From: Mytilus edulis | Lineage: Eukaryota | Length of the DNA: 64,000 bases | Direction of reading: 5' to 3' | NCBI RefSeq assembly: GCF_963676685.1 | Contig: NC_092349.1 | Span: forward strand, 29,140,001 to 29,204,000 | Shown: piece by piece, positions 40,201-54,506 of the stretch | Layout of the letters: the number at the start of each line of letters is the position of its first letter | Position numbering within the stretch: the stretch's first letter is position 1 | Position numbers and translations under genes: made by a program | The notes under the pieces: generated by a model | Seen by the model: the letters and a program-made list of their open reading frames with translations, nothing else | Told to the model about the DNA's origin: nothing | The model's database searches: none

Positions 40201-43200
40201 TTAAAAATATAACGTTGTTGTCGCTTAAAAATAATGAAAAAATAACAGCTTCCTGGTAACAAAAGGTTACTTCTATTTAAATTCTTTTTAAGTCAAAGTC
40301 TGCTGACCAATGGTAAATACACTATATAGATATAGGAATATGTGGTATGAGTGCCAATGAGACAACTCTCTATCCAAATAACAATTTATAAAAGTAAACG
40401 ATTATAGGGGAAGGTACGGCCTTTAACACGGAGCCTTGGCTCACACCGATCAGCAAGCTATAAAGGGCCCGAAAAAATTAGTCATGTAACACCAATCAAA
40501 CGGAAAAACCATGAGTCTTATCTATATAATAATGAGAAATGAGAAACACGTATGAACTACATCAACTAATGACAACTACTGTACATCAAATTCCTGACTT
40601 AGGACAGATTTGACTTTATTATTTACTAATAATGATATACAACAAACAATGAAATGTAGAACGTTGATTTTAATTTTAACCTTGACCTCAATTTCAAGGT
40701 CTTAAAGCAAGGACCTAAATCTAAAGACCTATATTCTCTACTGTGTATGATTTATCTGTTATAACAAATAAAGGCAACATAAGTACAGCGCTGTTTAAAA
40801 ATTCATTAGTCGATAGAGCAAAAATCACACTGAGGGACACATATCAAATATAATAGAACTACGACACAACAGAGACACAACACTGTAATGAACAAAACAC
40901 ACAGAAACGAACTATAATGTAACAATAGCCATTTCTTGACTTGGTACAGGGCATTTTATGAAAAATGGTGGGTTGAACTTGTTTTTCTGATATGCCAAAC
41001 ATCCCGCTTATAGCAGTGTTAATTATAACATTAAAATGACAACATTACACGACAGGGCTACAATAAATAAATGGGAGAAAATATAGGACAGAGAAACAAA
41101 CGAATAGTAGCCATCAAAAGGTAACAGGTTAAACATATTTTTTCACGCCAGACGCTCGCTACGTCCACACTAAACTATGCTCATTTGACAAAAGTTTGTA
41201 ATCCATAACAACTAATAAGTTAAAGATTGCAGAGGATCAAAAGTTTCAAAAAGTTATGAGGTCAGGGTTATCCGCCTGGGACAAAAACATCATTATTATC
41301 GAGAATAATACATAGTTTTGCAAACAGTAAATTTTATAAAGTGACTATATAATAGATATTTATGATTAAAATGAAATGGTGACTTGCTAAACAATAAAAA
41401 CGAATACATGACAATCACAGCCGTGTTACCCAAAGTCATTGCAACTTCCAAAGTGACGTGACGTCATATATCAATTTCTAAAACGTGTTCCAAAAATCAA
41501 GAAAGAATTTGGATGAATTGCAAGGTTAATGTGTACGACTTATCTCACTTATATTAATAACATGAAAATCATAATACTATTTAATATTTAATTGTAGTAA
41601 GTAGTAATTAGATAAATAATAGTATTATCGTCTTAAATAAATACGAATTCACACTCAGCAAAACAGTCACATTCGGGAATAAGTCACGTTCGGTAATAAA
41701 AAGATCAGACGGCGTAATCACAAACCACAATCTAACACGCGATAAAAATGTCCATAGTTAGTCTGGACAAAGATACATCGTATGGATCAACCAATTCGTG
41801 ATGGTGTCCGTAAAATTTATGGAGTGCCATTTTTAATCTTTCCTCCTCATAACTTTGTTGGAGCAGTTTCTGCGTTAGGAGTACACTCCTGTATATGAAG
41901 TCCGTATAGTGTGAACATGCACAAGAATAACGTATCAATTGAGATATGTAAAAACCATACGAAGGGGCAGAGGGTATGTTACTGCTGAGAAATGGGAAAT
42001 TGATAATTGGGAAGTTGAAATCGTCCCGTTTATCATATATTTTCGTGTGAAGTCGTCCATCTGTGTAAATATTTAGGAAATATCAAGGTCCATCTAGTAT
42101 CAGTAGTATCCTTAATTTCAAGTTCACTGATATATATGAGATGCAAGTACTGGCTGAACTATGGGTTATTCAATGATAGGACATCATCAATATATCGGAA
42201 AGTGAAATTAAAGAAATTAGCAAGGTGCTTTTTCTGTTTGTCTTTTAGAAGAGTTTGAATGAATTCTGCTTCATAGGAGTACAAAAACAAATCGGCTAGT
42301 AGGGGTGCACAATTAGTACTCATTGGAATACCGATTGTCTCTTGAAATATGAATTCTCCAAACTCAACAAATATATTGTTGATCAAAAGGTCCAGCATTT
42401 TGATAATATCATCTTCAGTATATTTTCTTGTAGATTCAGTGTGGTTCTTCACAAAATATGAATGATTGTAACCCAAAACAAGAAATTTGTATCTACGATT
42501 CCTATTGTTATAGAAATAGCTTTGTTTAATGAGATGGTGGAGTCGATCTTTTAACTGAGCGGGGGGTATAGTAGTTTCAGGCAAAGAAAAAAGTCTTGAT
42601 GTTGCTGCAAAATTGCAAAGATTGTGATCGAAGATTAAGCAGCAACATTCAGCTGAATAAAAAGGGGAAGACAACTCCAATTAAATGCCAACGTACCCTT
42701 TGTATATATCTAACGATATGTCCAAACTTCCGATTTAGTAAACATAGTTTGTCGCTATCTTGTATGGTGTCTTATGATAAGTGATGATAAGGCAAAATTG
42801 ATAAAAAAAAAAAACAACATGACATTGACCTTTGACTTCGAACTTATTTTCATTTTGGTGAAGCAACGACCTCAAATTAAAGACCCTATTACCCATGGTT
42901 GTAACGGGTTACAAATACATATCACTTATTTCAAATGCATATAGGGAAATAACTCTCATATGGAGTCTCCGGATATCTTCCGGCAAAATGCGTTGGATCG
43001 ATGTAACGAGCAATTTGGTAAAGTAAACTTGTCATAATCTTTTACGGTTACAAAAGAGTAGTCTGCACAATAACAATTAGTGTTCAGAGAAATAAGTCTC
43101 ACAAAGTAAAGTGTTCGGTGCAACAGTCTCAGTTTGAAAAGCGTAAAAACTGGTCGATATCATAGCAAATATTTAAGTGATCAATTTTGAAACAATACTG

Positions 43201-45087
43201 CTGAAGAAAACATTAGGCGAAAGAAAATAATTATCATTAAAAACCATTTGTTCAGAAAACAATTGCACGTCTTTCCACCCAACTTTACATATTTTGGTAG
43301 GACAATATTCACTCCAAATTTAAAATGTCACCTATGCTGCCAGATGGTAGTTAAATGTACGCTGATTCCAAAAATATATAGTTTCTATATACTTTTGCTA
43401 CAAAAAGGGAGATGAGTAGGTACTTCTGAATCTAAAATTTTCACTACCGGTTTACGGTCACAAAGCATAGACCTTATATTAAAAGACTTTTCTATATGTG
43501 TTACTAGAAATATCAACATCAAACATTTGGAATATAGGAGTGATCAAACTTCAAAGGATTTTCAATGTACCCTTTCAACTAAAATTGACATTAACATATT
43601 TTGAATGAACCCAGGACCTTGAATCAAAAGACTCTAGGACTCTATCACTTGTTTATTACCAGTTACAAATGCATGTTCCTCATACACAAATACAGAAGGG
43701 GATTAACTCATAAATTGAGTCTGTGTTTTGCTTTGAACCAATGAGAACAACACCTTGAAGATATAACGTGCAATAAGAAATAATAATTTTTCTCGGTTTC
43801 TTTTACGGTTGCAAGGAAAACCGAGTTCGAGAAGAAAACTCTTATAAAGAAATCTTTTTGATCATTCAGGGAGAAAACAAAAACTACAATAACTGTTCCA
43901 TTTCATATGTAAAATATCTAAACGACATGTTTCTAACCAAAACAAAACTCTGCAGGAAACAAATATGGCGGAAGAAGAAATAAATAACAATGAGAACAAA
44001 TCTCAACGAAAAGGGACTTTCATCAAATTAAAACTAATTGTAAAGAGAACAATTGAATGTGTTTACACCCCAAAACATATCTAGACAGGAAACTAAACCA
44101 TTTTCAAAAAATATGGTACTTTAGATGATGAACAACGTCAGCACCTTTTTTTTTCACCTTATGACCAACACGTTTAATTTGTGAAGTTGATACGGAATAT
44201 TTATTAAGAAGGTTTGGTAGCTGCCGATTGATTTGTTTTAGAAAAAAACAACGCGACGTTCTTTGTCATAACCCTATTTTATCAACTACTACAATTAATA
44301 CAAGTCTGTGTTATAAGACTTAAACTCGAATTATAGTGAGCATAAAAGTTTAGCAACACTTTATATTTTCTTTTAAGTTTTGTACGTATAATCGATGTTT
44401 TACCTTGTTCACGTGTACTTTTAAAACGATATTTGAAATTTGTTTGTTTTAAAAATATAGCATGGGGCTTCGACCAGTCCTTCCCAAAAATGACCGCCAG
44501 TGAACTACTGGGATGGTTGTTGCCGAAATGAGTGTTGCCAACGTCGCGGGTCGATTAAATTTCATTAGGTCAACAGTTTGGAGGGTAATACATAGATACA
44601 GACAAACTCGAACTGCAAAGGATTGACAAAGTTGATACCAAGACCTCAATCCGATCAAACATGTATGGGATCTGTTGAACCGACACATCCATTAAAATCC
44701 CGGTGATTTTTCACACAAAATAGACAAGAATTTGAAAATGCACTGATTAGGAAATGAAATGCAATTCCAAAATGGCAAAATCAAAAGATACTAAATGGAA
44801 TGCGAAATCAATAACAATCCGTCATCGATCAACGTGGAGCATGGACGAGATATTCATTTTGAATAATACTATACCAATTTCCACACTGGGACCATACAGC
44901 GATCCATACAAAGACATTCCTAGTGAATATGAGTAGTTAACATTCATATTGTTTCTGACATTTCATAATTCAATTTTCCTATTTGTGAAATCATATGTTA
45001 TTCAATTTTTGTAATAAAATAAAATTCTTTTTGGGCTCAGTATAAATCATAAAATCTAATCTAATCAGGTTTAAAAAGCATTGGATT
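37201..45087. repeat. Segmental duplication, second copy
   Basis: Collinear with 22268-30527. Confidence 0.93.
41732..42650 (-). pseudogene. Penelope-like RT pseudogene (duplicate of 27165-28100)
   Basis: GIPMSTNCAPLLADLFLYSYE, FRYIDDVLSLNNP, KFYGHHHELVDPY; stops and frameshifts. Confidence 0.9.
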
Positions 45088-46342
45088 CTACAGCATAGGA
45101 TGGATTCTAATTGTTATCTTAAAATAATGGATGTAAAATTGACTTTCGGAAAATCCCTTCCTGATAAGAATTTTTAATGATATTAGTTAGCAGTAATTCA
45201 AAAATGAAACGCATGCACTGTTCATGGCATCATATGAAAGTAAAAAAAAAACATCTATACAAATAATACCGTACAAAAAAATTATACATTAGACACCATA
45301 TCATTGAATTTCAAACTGCTTTTGTGAATCGTAATTTTGATGAAACTGAAAATATGGTTTATGTATGTTACTTGTCTACATGAAACATATTCAAGGTGAT
45401 CTGTATTCATATCCTATTATCAGTGACAAAGGTTGCCTTTTTTCCGGAAGTTCAGTATTTCTGTGTAGTTTTTTTTTCCAACCCCTACCAACAAAAACCT
45501 GTTCGCCTTGGTCATTGTTGGTATGGCAATTGTTGTACGTGGCGTTAAATTAGAAAGAAAAAAACAATACACAACAATATCATGGTAAGTTGAATCACAC
45601 TCATAGTATAACAGTTGGTATAATTAGGATCAGATTTCCAGAAAGATATTGTTAAAATATTAAAACTATGCTGCTAAAACAAATAATCTGCTGACATCTA
45701 CAACATTTGAAACTTAGTCGAAAGTTGTCTCAATGGCAATCACAACTTATATTCATTAAGATAAGACCATGTGTTTATCTTAACATCATTATTTTTTTTT
45801 TCTTTCGAATCACGGTCTGTAGTGTTCGGCTAGGATCGCGGTTTTTCGAGTGTTTTAATCATTTTTTTTTTCGAGTGTGATCTATTTTTTTTTCTCGAGT
45901 GAATATGAACAAAAATGTCAATAAACATACTTCCATCTAACAAGACGTGATATAGACACTTGAAATTAGTAAACAATGTTAAATAACGTATGTAAGTATT
46001 TGATTATATATTAATCCGATTTTTTTTTCGTTAAAAAGTTAAAATTCGCCTTAAAATGCTTTTATTCCAAAATAAAGAATAAAGCCATTTTTATACACAC
46101 ACCAATGCAAATGTAGAAGGAAATCCCTACTTGGAATCTATATATCCCTAGACATACAGACACTTTACACAAATTCTCGTTATTGCATTGAAAACATTAG
46201 TTTGTGTTCGAGAGCAGTCGGCCTTTTCCGAGTACCTCCGTGTTTTTTCGAGTGATTATACAAATTTCCTATAACTCAAAATGTTATGTGTCAGTGTTTT
46301 TATGTTTAAAAACAATAAACAATAATCAAAGGATCAAATAAA

Positions 46343-46617
46343 GGTGGTACCCAACACTTTGACTGAAATTAATTTGACTCGTTTGATTTCCATAAAATTT
46401 TGACAAAATATTTTCTATGACGCTTTGACAAAAATATTAAAATTACAAAAAAGTTGAATCGGACACTTTATCGAAAAAATAGCTGGATACATGGCAGTTT
46501 GTTTGAAGAACACTTATTTTGATCATTGAGAAGCTTCATGTTTTCTAAACGATAGAACGTGATTAAAACGTTCAGCTGGTCTCACAGAGTAATCTCCCAG
46601 TAGTAGTATGTACCACC
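46343..46617. mobile_element. Kolobok-like MITE
   Basis: TIR GGTGGTAC...GTACCACC; flanks TAAA and TTAA. Confidence 0.65.
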
Positions 46618-46772
46618 TTAATTCAAGGTCTGAAACCAATGCATTGAAAATATTATGAGTCTCCTGCACTATGTTCTAAAGACCGTTTTATAAAGAATTA
46701 AATAACATTTATTTTAACTATGCAGAGTTCTCCGAACTGAGTAGTTATTTAAGGTACCAGGATTATAATTTA

Positions 46773-46813
46773 ATACGCGCGTTTTGTCTACACAAGACTC
46801 ATCAGTGACGCTC
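46773..46813 (-). ncRNA. Degenerate type I hammerhead in a retrozyme/PLE-related fragment (~46750-46910)
   Basis: GAGCGTCA CTGATGA GTCT-TGTGT-AGAC AAAA CGCGC GTA; G12 changed to A, 3' strand of stem I lost. Confidence 0.7.
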
Positions 46814-48034
46814 GTATCAAAATATGTATAAACCCAAACAAGTACAAAGTTGAAGAGCATTGAGGACCCAAAATTCCAAAAGATTGTGCACAATACGGCC
46901 AAGGTAATCCCCCCCCCCCCCCCAAACAAAAAAATTCCTCTATATTGATAATGTTGCTTGGGCGATCCACACATACAAAATTGGTTGACGGGACAATAAT
47001 TGGGATCCAGCAGCATATATTGTATACAGACATCATGTATATAGAATAACCATACATTGTCTGGAAATATCAATGTTATTTGTACAAGGCTTAGAAACAG
47101 GTAGAAAGCGAAGCTGATTGATATTTCGAGACAATGTATGGTTATTCTTTTATATACTGCAAATCTTATGACTGTTCAAAATGAAGTATTTGGGGTAAAA
47201 ACCGTCATTCTTTAATTTTGAGCGGACAACGTAAAATTGCCGCGAACCTGTATGTTTTATTGACGTAATAAATAAAACTCTACGGATACGCTTTGTCAAC
47301 ATCATATACAAGGTGATATACGGTCAGTGACTGTATATCACATATAAATGTACAGTCAATGCAATTTGACTGCTCAAATAGCACAGCTGCAGTATATATA
47401 TATATATATATAACTGGGTTCTTTTTGGATCATGAAAAACAAACAGTTACGACTAGCAAAGACGTCAACACACAACAAGTGTTTGTAGATGATAGTTAAC
47501 AGTACATCATAATCAAACATAAAACAACGTGACAAACAGTTTGATTAAAGTAAAATATAAATACGAAGGGCAAACATCAAATGCCGTTATACAAATGTCA
47601 TGCGTCAGAGTCATTCCTGAAGAAAAACATGAACGCCGTATCATCATATACATAGTCGCGTCAGGAGTTATACTACCAAAAGGGACATTAAAGTAAGAAA
47701 ACACAACGGAACCCTTGCAAAAACAATGACATGATACTAAACGTCAACACCGGTAATCAATAACTCAAGACCATATACATGATTATAATATATTATTTGT
47801 GAGGTTGACACTGACGATATATCTTTAAAATCGCGGTACGTTTCGCGGAAGTTTTTGAGACCATGGCTCATCAATGTTTTGCTAATACACCAATGACGTT
47901 AAACATAGTCTGACTAGCAGGTGAACACTTTTGAAAACCGTTTTAGTTACGAAATGTATACGACATACGCCGTTAATGTGATACATCTAATAAACTCTGA
48001 CTCATATTAAATTTCAAAAAGGTAAAGAGGCAGA

Positions 48035-48080
48035 GACACACAGTTGGTTCCCATAGAAATACCGACAAACTCGTAGAAAA
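48035..48080 (-). pseudogene. Tiny Penelope-like RT remnant
   Basis: Reads FVGISMGTNCV. Confidence 0.45.
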
Positions 48081-50405
48081 TCTTAGCATTTATTCCACCT
48101 ACACATTATTTACAATTGTCATGTGGTTAGATCCGTCTTCACTGCTGTTTATCTATCAAACGCACATTTCTTTGGGAGAGCATGACATATTGGTTGGTTA
48201 ACTATAGTTTGCTTTACTCAACCTTTATCGTAAGTATCATATCATATTGCATATAGGAATAACACACTGATCTTTGCTACATATAAAATAAGTTATGCAG
48301 GCATTTTTATATATACTTCCGTGTTTAAGTCTAAAGTTAGCTAAATATTTGTATTCCAATTATAATGTTATACCCATTCGTTATGAAATTTCACATGTTG
48401 CATTCCATATCTAGTTTAAGTATCGTAGTTAAAGTTCATTTCTATATACCAGTACGAGTAATGATCATGATGATAATTCATTTAAATTAGAGTTCCAATA
48501 GAGTCTACGTTTCGAATTTAATACTACTCTTTTTTTGCAAACGACTGATTCGCTCTGATAGTATTAGCTATAGGCCAACTATATCAATTGTATTGGAACA
48601 TTATAAGATGTATATGTGAGTGCAGTAGTGTGGATTGGACCATGACCTCATTACCAATGATCACTGCTCATGATACCTGTGGTAAAACTTTGCCTATACT
48701 TTGAAATTTAATCGGGATGATAACCGCAGCTTGACATTTAAGGACGTGCATTCTTGTTCTTTGGTTATTGGTTCATTATGAAATTATTTAGCTTATGGTT
48801 CTTTTATTATTGGGATCAAACTGTCAGATCAATAGAAATATTTTACATATCACTGATCACTACGAAGAGTATTCTCTGATCGATTAACTTTGATGTAAAC
48901 AACGTAACTAGGAATGGTAACGGTACCTTTATATAAGCAAAACAGAACAACAAGCATAATGCATGATAAGAATATCAACTTTTCTTAACAGACTTTACCA
49001 TGTATTTTATAGCAATTCAAATTAAGTTCGTATACTAAAATCTATCTATCTTTGAAATGAAAAAAGAGTATCACCGTCGGATAAAATATGTTAAATTGAA
49101 TTATTCAAAATAAAATAAACTCAAACATGTGTATACCTCATTACCGCCAAATAAGGAAGGTACATTTCTGTATCTTTCAACAAATTGGTTAAAACGTAAT
49201 CAATACGCATTAAACTATTGGTTGGAATAATAATTTTAATATGTAAAACAATATATGTATAGAAAAAAGTATAGCATCAATACCAAACATAAAGGTATAT
49301 ACAATAAGCAGAAACCACATAAAGATGAAAAAAATAAAACGCAATCAACCAACAGAACGAGTGAAAAAAGCAAGTATCCTATTCCTGACTTGGTACAGGC
49401 ATCTTGTTATCTTGTAAAATAATATATTTAATTCAATTTATTCTTTCTTCTGTCTATAATATTATGCTCACCCAGTGTTCATAGTCTATATTTGCACCTT
49501 CGGCAAGATAATTCCTGACCTTTTTTATATCTCCGGCTTGTGCTGCTTTAAATAGACCCTGTTAGAATAAAAACCAAGTATGTTTTATTTAAACAATATT
49601 CTTAATTTACAATAATTGTTTATATACAAAAGTATCAAATATATATTGTTTTCTATCTGTACAAATGCAAAATGTTTGTCAATATTTTCACTGTGTCAAA
49701 ATTAAAAGTATAATACAAATGACAGCAATTTTGGAACACAATGAATGCAAAATCTTTTCCTCATCAAGTTAGAGTGTCAGAATTTCATCTCTGTATTTAC
49801 ATTGAACAGTCACTTCAGTAGGTAGTTCATGATGGCGTGTATACCAACCCTAATTGACCACATCATCCAAGTTCCAACAGTGACAGTCTGATATCATTTG
49901 TACTTTATGATAAAAATTATCTAAAGCTCTCTTCTCGGAATAGTATACTGTTAATACATTATGTCGGTTGATTAATTTTGTTTTTAGCTTAACGTCAAGT
50001 GGCAAATATTTCAGTCATGTGGACAACGAGTATATTTTTGAGACGTCTCATATATCAATTATAATCGACAAGGCAAATCTCTCGACAAATCAGACAAAAC
50101 TGATTGTTGATAATTATACAACACCTTATGTATCACGACACTATATAGTTTTCGTTAGAATATTTTGTAGAAAACAGATCGTAAAACAATAAAAACAAGG
50201 TAAATTAGGATGAAATATCCATGCATGCAATGCATAAAGTTAAATTTAAGAAGAGACTAAAAATTTGGGATGCTGATATCCCATGATATAAGAATATTGT
50301 TCCGATGCAATGGATAACCTTTCTATCCTTCAACTTATTAAAAAAATAACTTTCATTTATTTTGTGAAAGCTCCATGTGATTGTATAGCAATTGTTTAAT
50401 GTATA

Positions 50406-51860
50406 TGTCGTGTACATTTTATTATTTTGTACAGGTTATTACTTGTACAAAAACTTTGTAAGAGTAATTACTTGTATGATGCCATCATACAAATTATTAC
50501 TTGTACAGATATAGTTGTACGGGTAATTACCTGTACAGTTTTTGTTGAGAAAAAGATAATAACTTGTACAACTCGCTATCTTTTAGTTTTATTTGGGTTT
50601 TTTTAAGTAAATTATAAATAACTTCAGCAAACATTACACTAGGAGCATATTGGGTTGAACAACTAGGTGCCTGACTAAAATATTTTAAGTAAGCGTTCTA
50701 TATATTTACGGACACGTTGAGGTGCAAGTGGTCTATCATACATAAATTAAAGTTTTAGCCAAGAAGAAATTCCCTTCAATTTACACCATGCAGGATATGT
50801 GCAGCTCAAAAAAGTAAAAACAAAGTCGGTGAGTTGGTAAGCCACTTCTGCCTTTTACTGGTGCAGTCCACTGAATTTGGTACAGTCATCCTGATAGTAC
50901 ATGATTGATAATCAACATGGTCTACCTGACAATAACATCTTTGACTTTAACTACTTTGATTACAAGCATTAAAGACTGTAATAACGATAGGAGGAGCGAC
51001 CTTCTTCAAAATATTCACACATATGAGTGAAAATCCGGATAATTTCTCTGTTTATACTGGCAATTTCTGTGGTTTTTTTTAAGTCCTTATAATTATTATG
51101 TGTAGGCCTCCAGAGTGTGCTGTTCTTATCAGAGGGTAAAGATAATTAACATGGTCTACCTGACAATAACATCTTTGACTTTAACTACTTTGACTACAAC
51201 CATTAAAGACTTTAGTAATGATAGGAGGAGCGACTTTCTTCAAAATATTCACACATATGAGTGAAAATCCGGATAATTTCTCTGCTTATACTGGCAATTT
51301 GTGTGTTTTTTTAACTCCTTATAATTATTATGTGTAGGCCTCAAGAGTGTGCTGTTCTTATCAGAGGGTAAAGTTGATCAACTTTACAATAATAAATAAT
51401 GTTGTCTCCTTTGCAAATTTCTGAAGTGCTGTCTTTTAGGAGCCTAACTTTGCTTCCTTTACATAACTTAAAGTATGTCTTTATCTTTAACAAGTGAATA
51501 CTGAATAATTTGAAGATTTTATTTGATATTTTCCATTTAATACCCTACTCAACTGTACAAATTGGCTACCATATTTACCAAATAAAAAAATTTCTAAAAT
51601 GTTTCAAGTTTATACTGATGCACTTATAATAAATAATTTGTTTAAAGGGAAAGTTTTATTGTAGTCAGGAATTAAGCCAAGGTAGAATAATGGTTTGTAC
51701 AAGTTATTTTCTTTTTCTCAATAGAAATTGGACAAGTGATTACATGTACAATTGTATTTGTACAAGTAATAACCTGTATAATGGCATCATACAAGTAATT
51801 ACTTGTAAAAAATGTTTGTACAAGTAATAACCTGTACAAAATAATAACATGTACACGACA
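50406..51860. mobile_element. Non-autonomous foldback-type DNA transposon with ~170-bp modular TIRs and TATA flanks
   Basis: 50406-50572 is the reverse complement of ~51693-51860; TIRs are built from TTACTTGTACA subrepeats. Confidence 0.85.
50907..51373. repeat. Tandem duplication, 2 x 234 bp, inside the foldback element
   Basis: GATAAT.AACATGGTCTACC...AGAGGGTAAAG occurs twice. Confidence 0.9.
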
Positions 51861-52050
51861 TATATAAGAATATATGAAATGAAAAAAAAAGTATTTTGTA
51901 AATGTGGTGTATAATATCTATTGAGTCTAGCTAGCAAAAAACATAGCTATATGCATGTAGGCCTTCTGGGGAAAAACAATGCTAATATTGTGAACATGTT
52001 TAAAGCTCAAGTCTGATATGAAACATTTTAAACACGGGAAACGGTCATAA

Positions 52051-52156
52051 GCAGACCTGTCCTCAGGTCTGGTATATAGCAGACTTGTCCACAGGTCAGG
52101 TCAAAATCATACTTGTCAACATGTCTGGGTTAGAGCAGACCTGTCAATAAGTCTGC
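52051..52156. repeat. 4 x ~28-bp palindromic tandem repeat
   Basis: CAGACCTG-TCCT-CAGGTCTG and diverged copies. Confidence 0.7.
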
Positions 52157-52339
52157 AGCAGTCCTTTAACGCAGACCGTATGTCTGCTTTGCCAACGACG
52201 AAGATAACTTGCTTGTGAGCTTCAAAATTCTCATGTTAACTTAGAAAGCAGTCAACAAGTCTACTCCAAGTTAACTTTTTTCAAGGTTGGGAAGACATTC
52301 ATCATTGAAGTTGAATTGTTATTGTTCGTAACTGCTACT

Positions 52340-54213
52340 GGTACTAGACCTGACAAAAAATATCCGAGTTTAGAACATACAGCAGTAGGATCATTTTCAC
52401 GTTTTACGTTATCTTGCACTTTATTTCAATAAAAATCTGCTTCAATTAGAAGAGATAGCTCGAAAGACTCTGCGTCTGTAACAGAGTGTCCTAGAGGTAA
52501 TCCACGTAGATACTATAGTCCAAGCGGGATTTTTCTATTCTGGTTCTGAAGCGGTGGGTACTATCAGTCCTTAAATAAGTATACTTTCTACTTTTTAACT
52601 ATCAACTGTACCGTGGTTTTGTCTAGAGCTCTAATGCCGCTAGTTTTATTCTCAAAAGAAACTATATTCTGATTTTCGAATCTCTCCTTCTGTACATTTA
52701 ATGTAACAGCTAAGTCTGGTGTAATAAAATACTGTTGGTCACCCTCGTCGAAAATAATGTTTATCTTTGCTGTCTTGTTCACCGACCTTTCCTGAGCTAC
52801 TGCTGCTTTCAGCAAAACGGTTGTAGTTTCTCGACTTGCCGATATGTACAACATCGAAGATTTTGTTTTATCCTTATTTTCTGATTGAGATGTAGTTGTA
52901 TTTTTCTTGCAAAGTAATGTATGATGTTTACAATGGCGATTTCTACAGTCGTATGTAGCATGTGTAGAGCGACACTTTGTGCATACCATAGCAGTTAATA
53001 CATAACTTCTTCTCCCTAATAATGGCTATTCATCTTTCATGTTCTGTGACATCCGTGCAGTCATTTGAAAAGTGCAGCCAACCCCCCCCCCCCCCCCCCA
53101 ACCACCCCCCCTCACAGAATATGCATGCTTTTATTTGTGTGGAATTATTGTTTTTTTCATACCTTGATATTTCGATGTATTTCCTTATAAACGATTTTTG
53201 TTAAAATCACTCTTAACACTTGCTTCACAATTTGCAGTATGATTACCTCTCGGGTGTTGATACATGTTTGCATTATGTCCTGATTCCTGAATTGAAAGCT
53301 CTCTGCAAATAGCGTCTCGTAGTTTATGTTTATTCCAATCATCACTTCCGTTTTCCCGTGTAATATTTTTTCAGAGGTCTGGCGGCAATTTACCGAGAAT
53401 AACTGGAATCAGTAAGGAACCAAACATTTCTTGACATTGTCCTTATGATTCTAGACCTCTGATATATGCCTCGGACTTATCGTAAAAAGCTCTAAAACTC
53501 TATAAACGTTCATCAGACCCACGCACATCCAAAAGTGATCTCATGTATGCTTTGATTATCTTGTGGGTTTGACCATAACGATTCTTTAAAAGTTCAAGAG
53601 CCTTGTAATAATTTGGGTTGGTCATGGTGAGGCCTGAGACTACGTATGCGGCATCTGCTTACAATGAAGACTTTAAATATGAGAATTTCTGTATGTCGGT
53701 TAGTGTGTTGTTATGATGAATTGTCGATTCAAGTTAATCTCAGAAAAATTTCCATTCTAATATATCTCTGCTAAAATGTGTTAGCATTAGCATGGGTAGG
53801 GGATGATTTTGGCTTGAGGTCGAACTTGTATGTGATAACTCCCGACTAGAATGCGTAAATTAAGTTTGAATTTGGAATGAAATCTTGAGCGTTGCTATTG
53901 AGTACTGAAGATGCAGGCTGTAGGTGCGAGGGGTGCAATAATTTTTAATTTTTCTAATTTTGCTTTCTTACTCTCAATAATACTCATCTGACTCGATTAT
54001 TTCATCCGTTATTCCATCTGAGTCCGCTGTATTTAAAATCTGTTCGTCAATATTGCCTAGAGTTTCCTTTTTCTTTTCAACTGCTTCAAACAATGCTAAG
54101 ATTCCCGACGGGTCAAAAGGCGTATCAACGATGGCGTCCTCCAGTTTGTTTAACACTTTCGTATCCGCTGCTCTGATCCCCTCTCTCAAAGATTTCAATC
54201 TGATTGTATCCAT
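52340..54213 (-). pseudogene. BEL/Pao LTR retrotransposon gag-protease pseudogene
   Basis: Gag N-terminus MDTIRLKSLREGIRA; DUF1759-like LTDIQKFSYLKSSL..GLTMTNPNYYKALELLKNRYG; zinc knuckle ..CKHHTLLC; protease-like IIFDEGDQQYFIT; PTAVCSKLGYFLSG; multiple stops; no RT or integrase seen. Confidence 0.85.
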
Positions 54214-54223
54214 TATCTCCGTT

Positions 54224-54236
54224 AGTCACGGCACAA
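54224..54236 (-). other. Primer-binding site (tRNA-His-like)
   Basis: TTGTGCCGTGACT, one mismatch from TGGTGCCGTGACT, immediately after the LTR end. Confidence 0.65.
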
Positions 54237-54237
54237 A

Positions 54238-54506
54238 TGTTAGTTTTTTAGGTATATACTTCGCGTTGTGTTAGACGACTATGTCTGACTCTCAAGACAA
54301 AGCAAGTTTACAGTTCAATATTTATTCAAATACAAGCATATAATCATAGTCACAATATTACATAGATACGCGACGTCTCATCGTTAGTTTTGACGACACA
54401 TATAGAAATGCATTACGTTCACGTAATTCTCGTCAAGCCTAGTGATAAGTCACACTCGGTTTTAATTATTACCTGTGAAAATCGCCAGAAAATATTATAA
54501 TTAACA
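54238..54506 (-). mobile_element. 5' LTR of the BEL/Pao element
   Basis: TGTTA...TAACA termini, internal AATAAA, adjacent PBS; the far boundary is inferred. Confidence 0.6.

Noticed and set aside
52051-52156. CRISPR-like palindromic repeats
   Set aside because: Units are contiguous with no spacers
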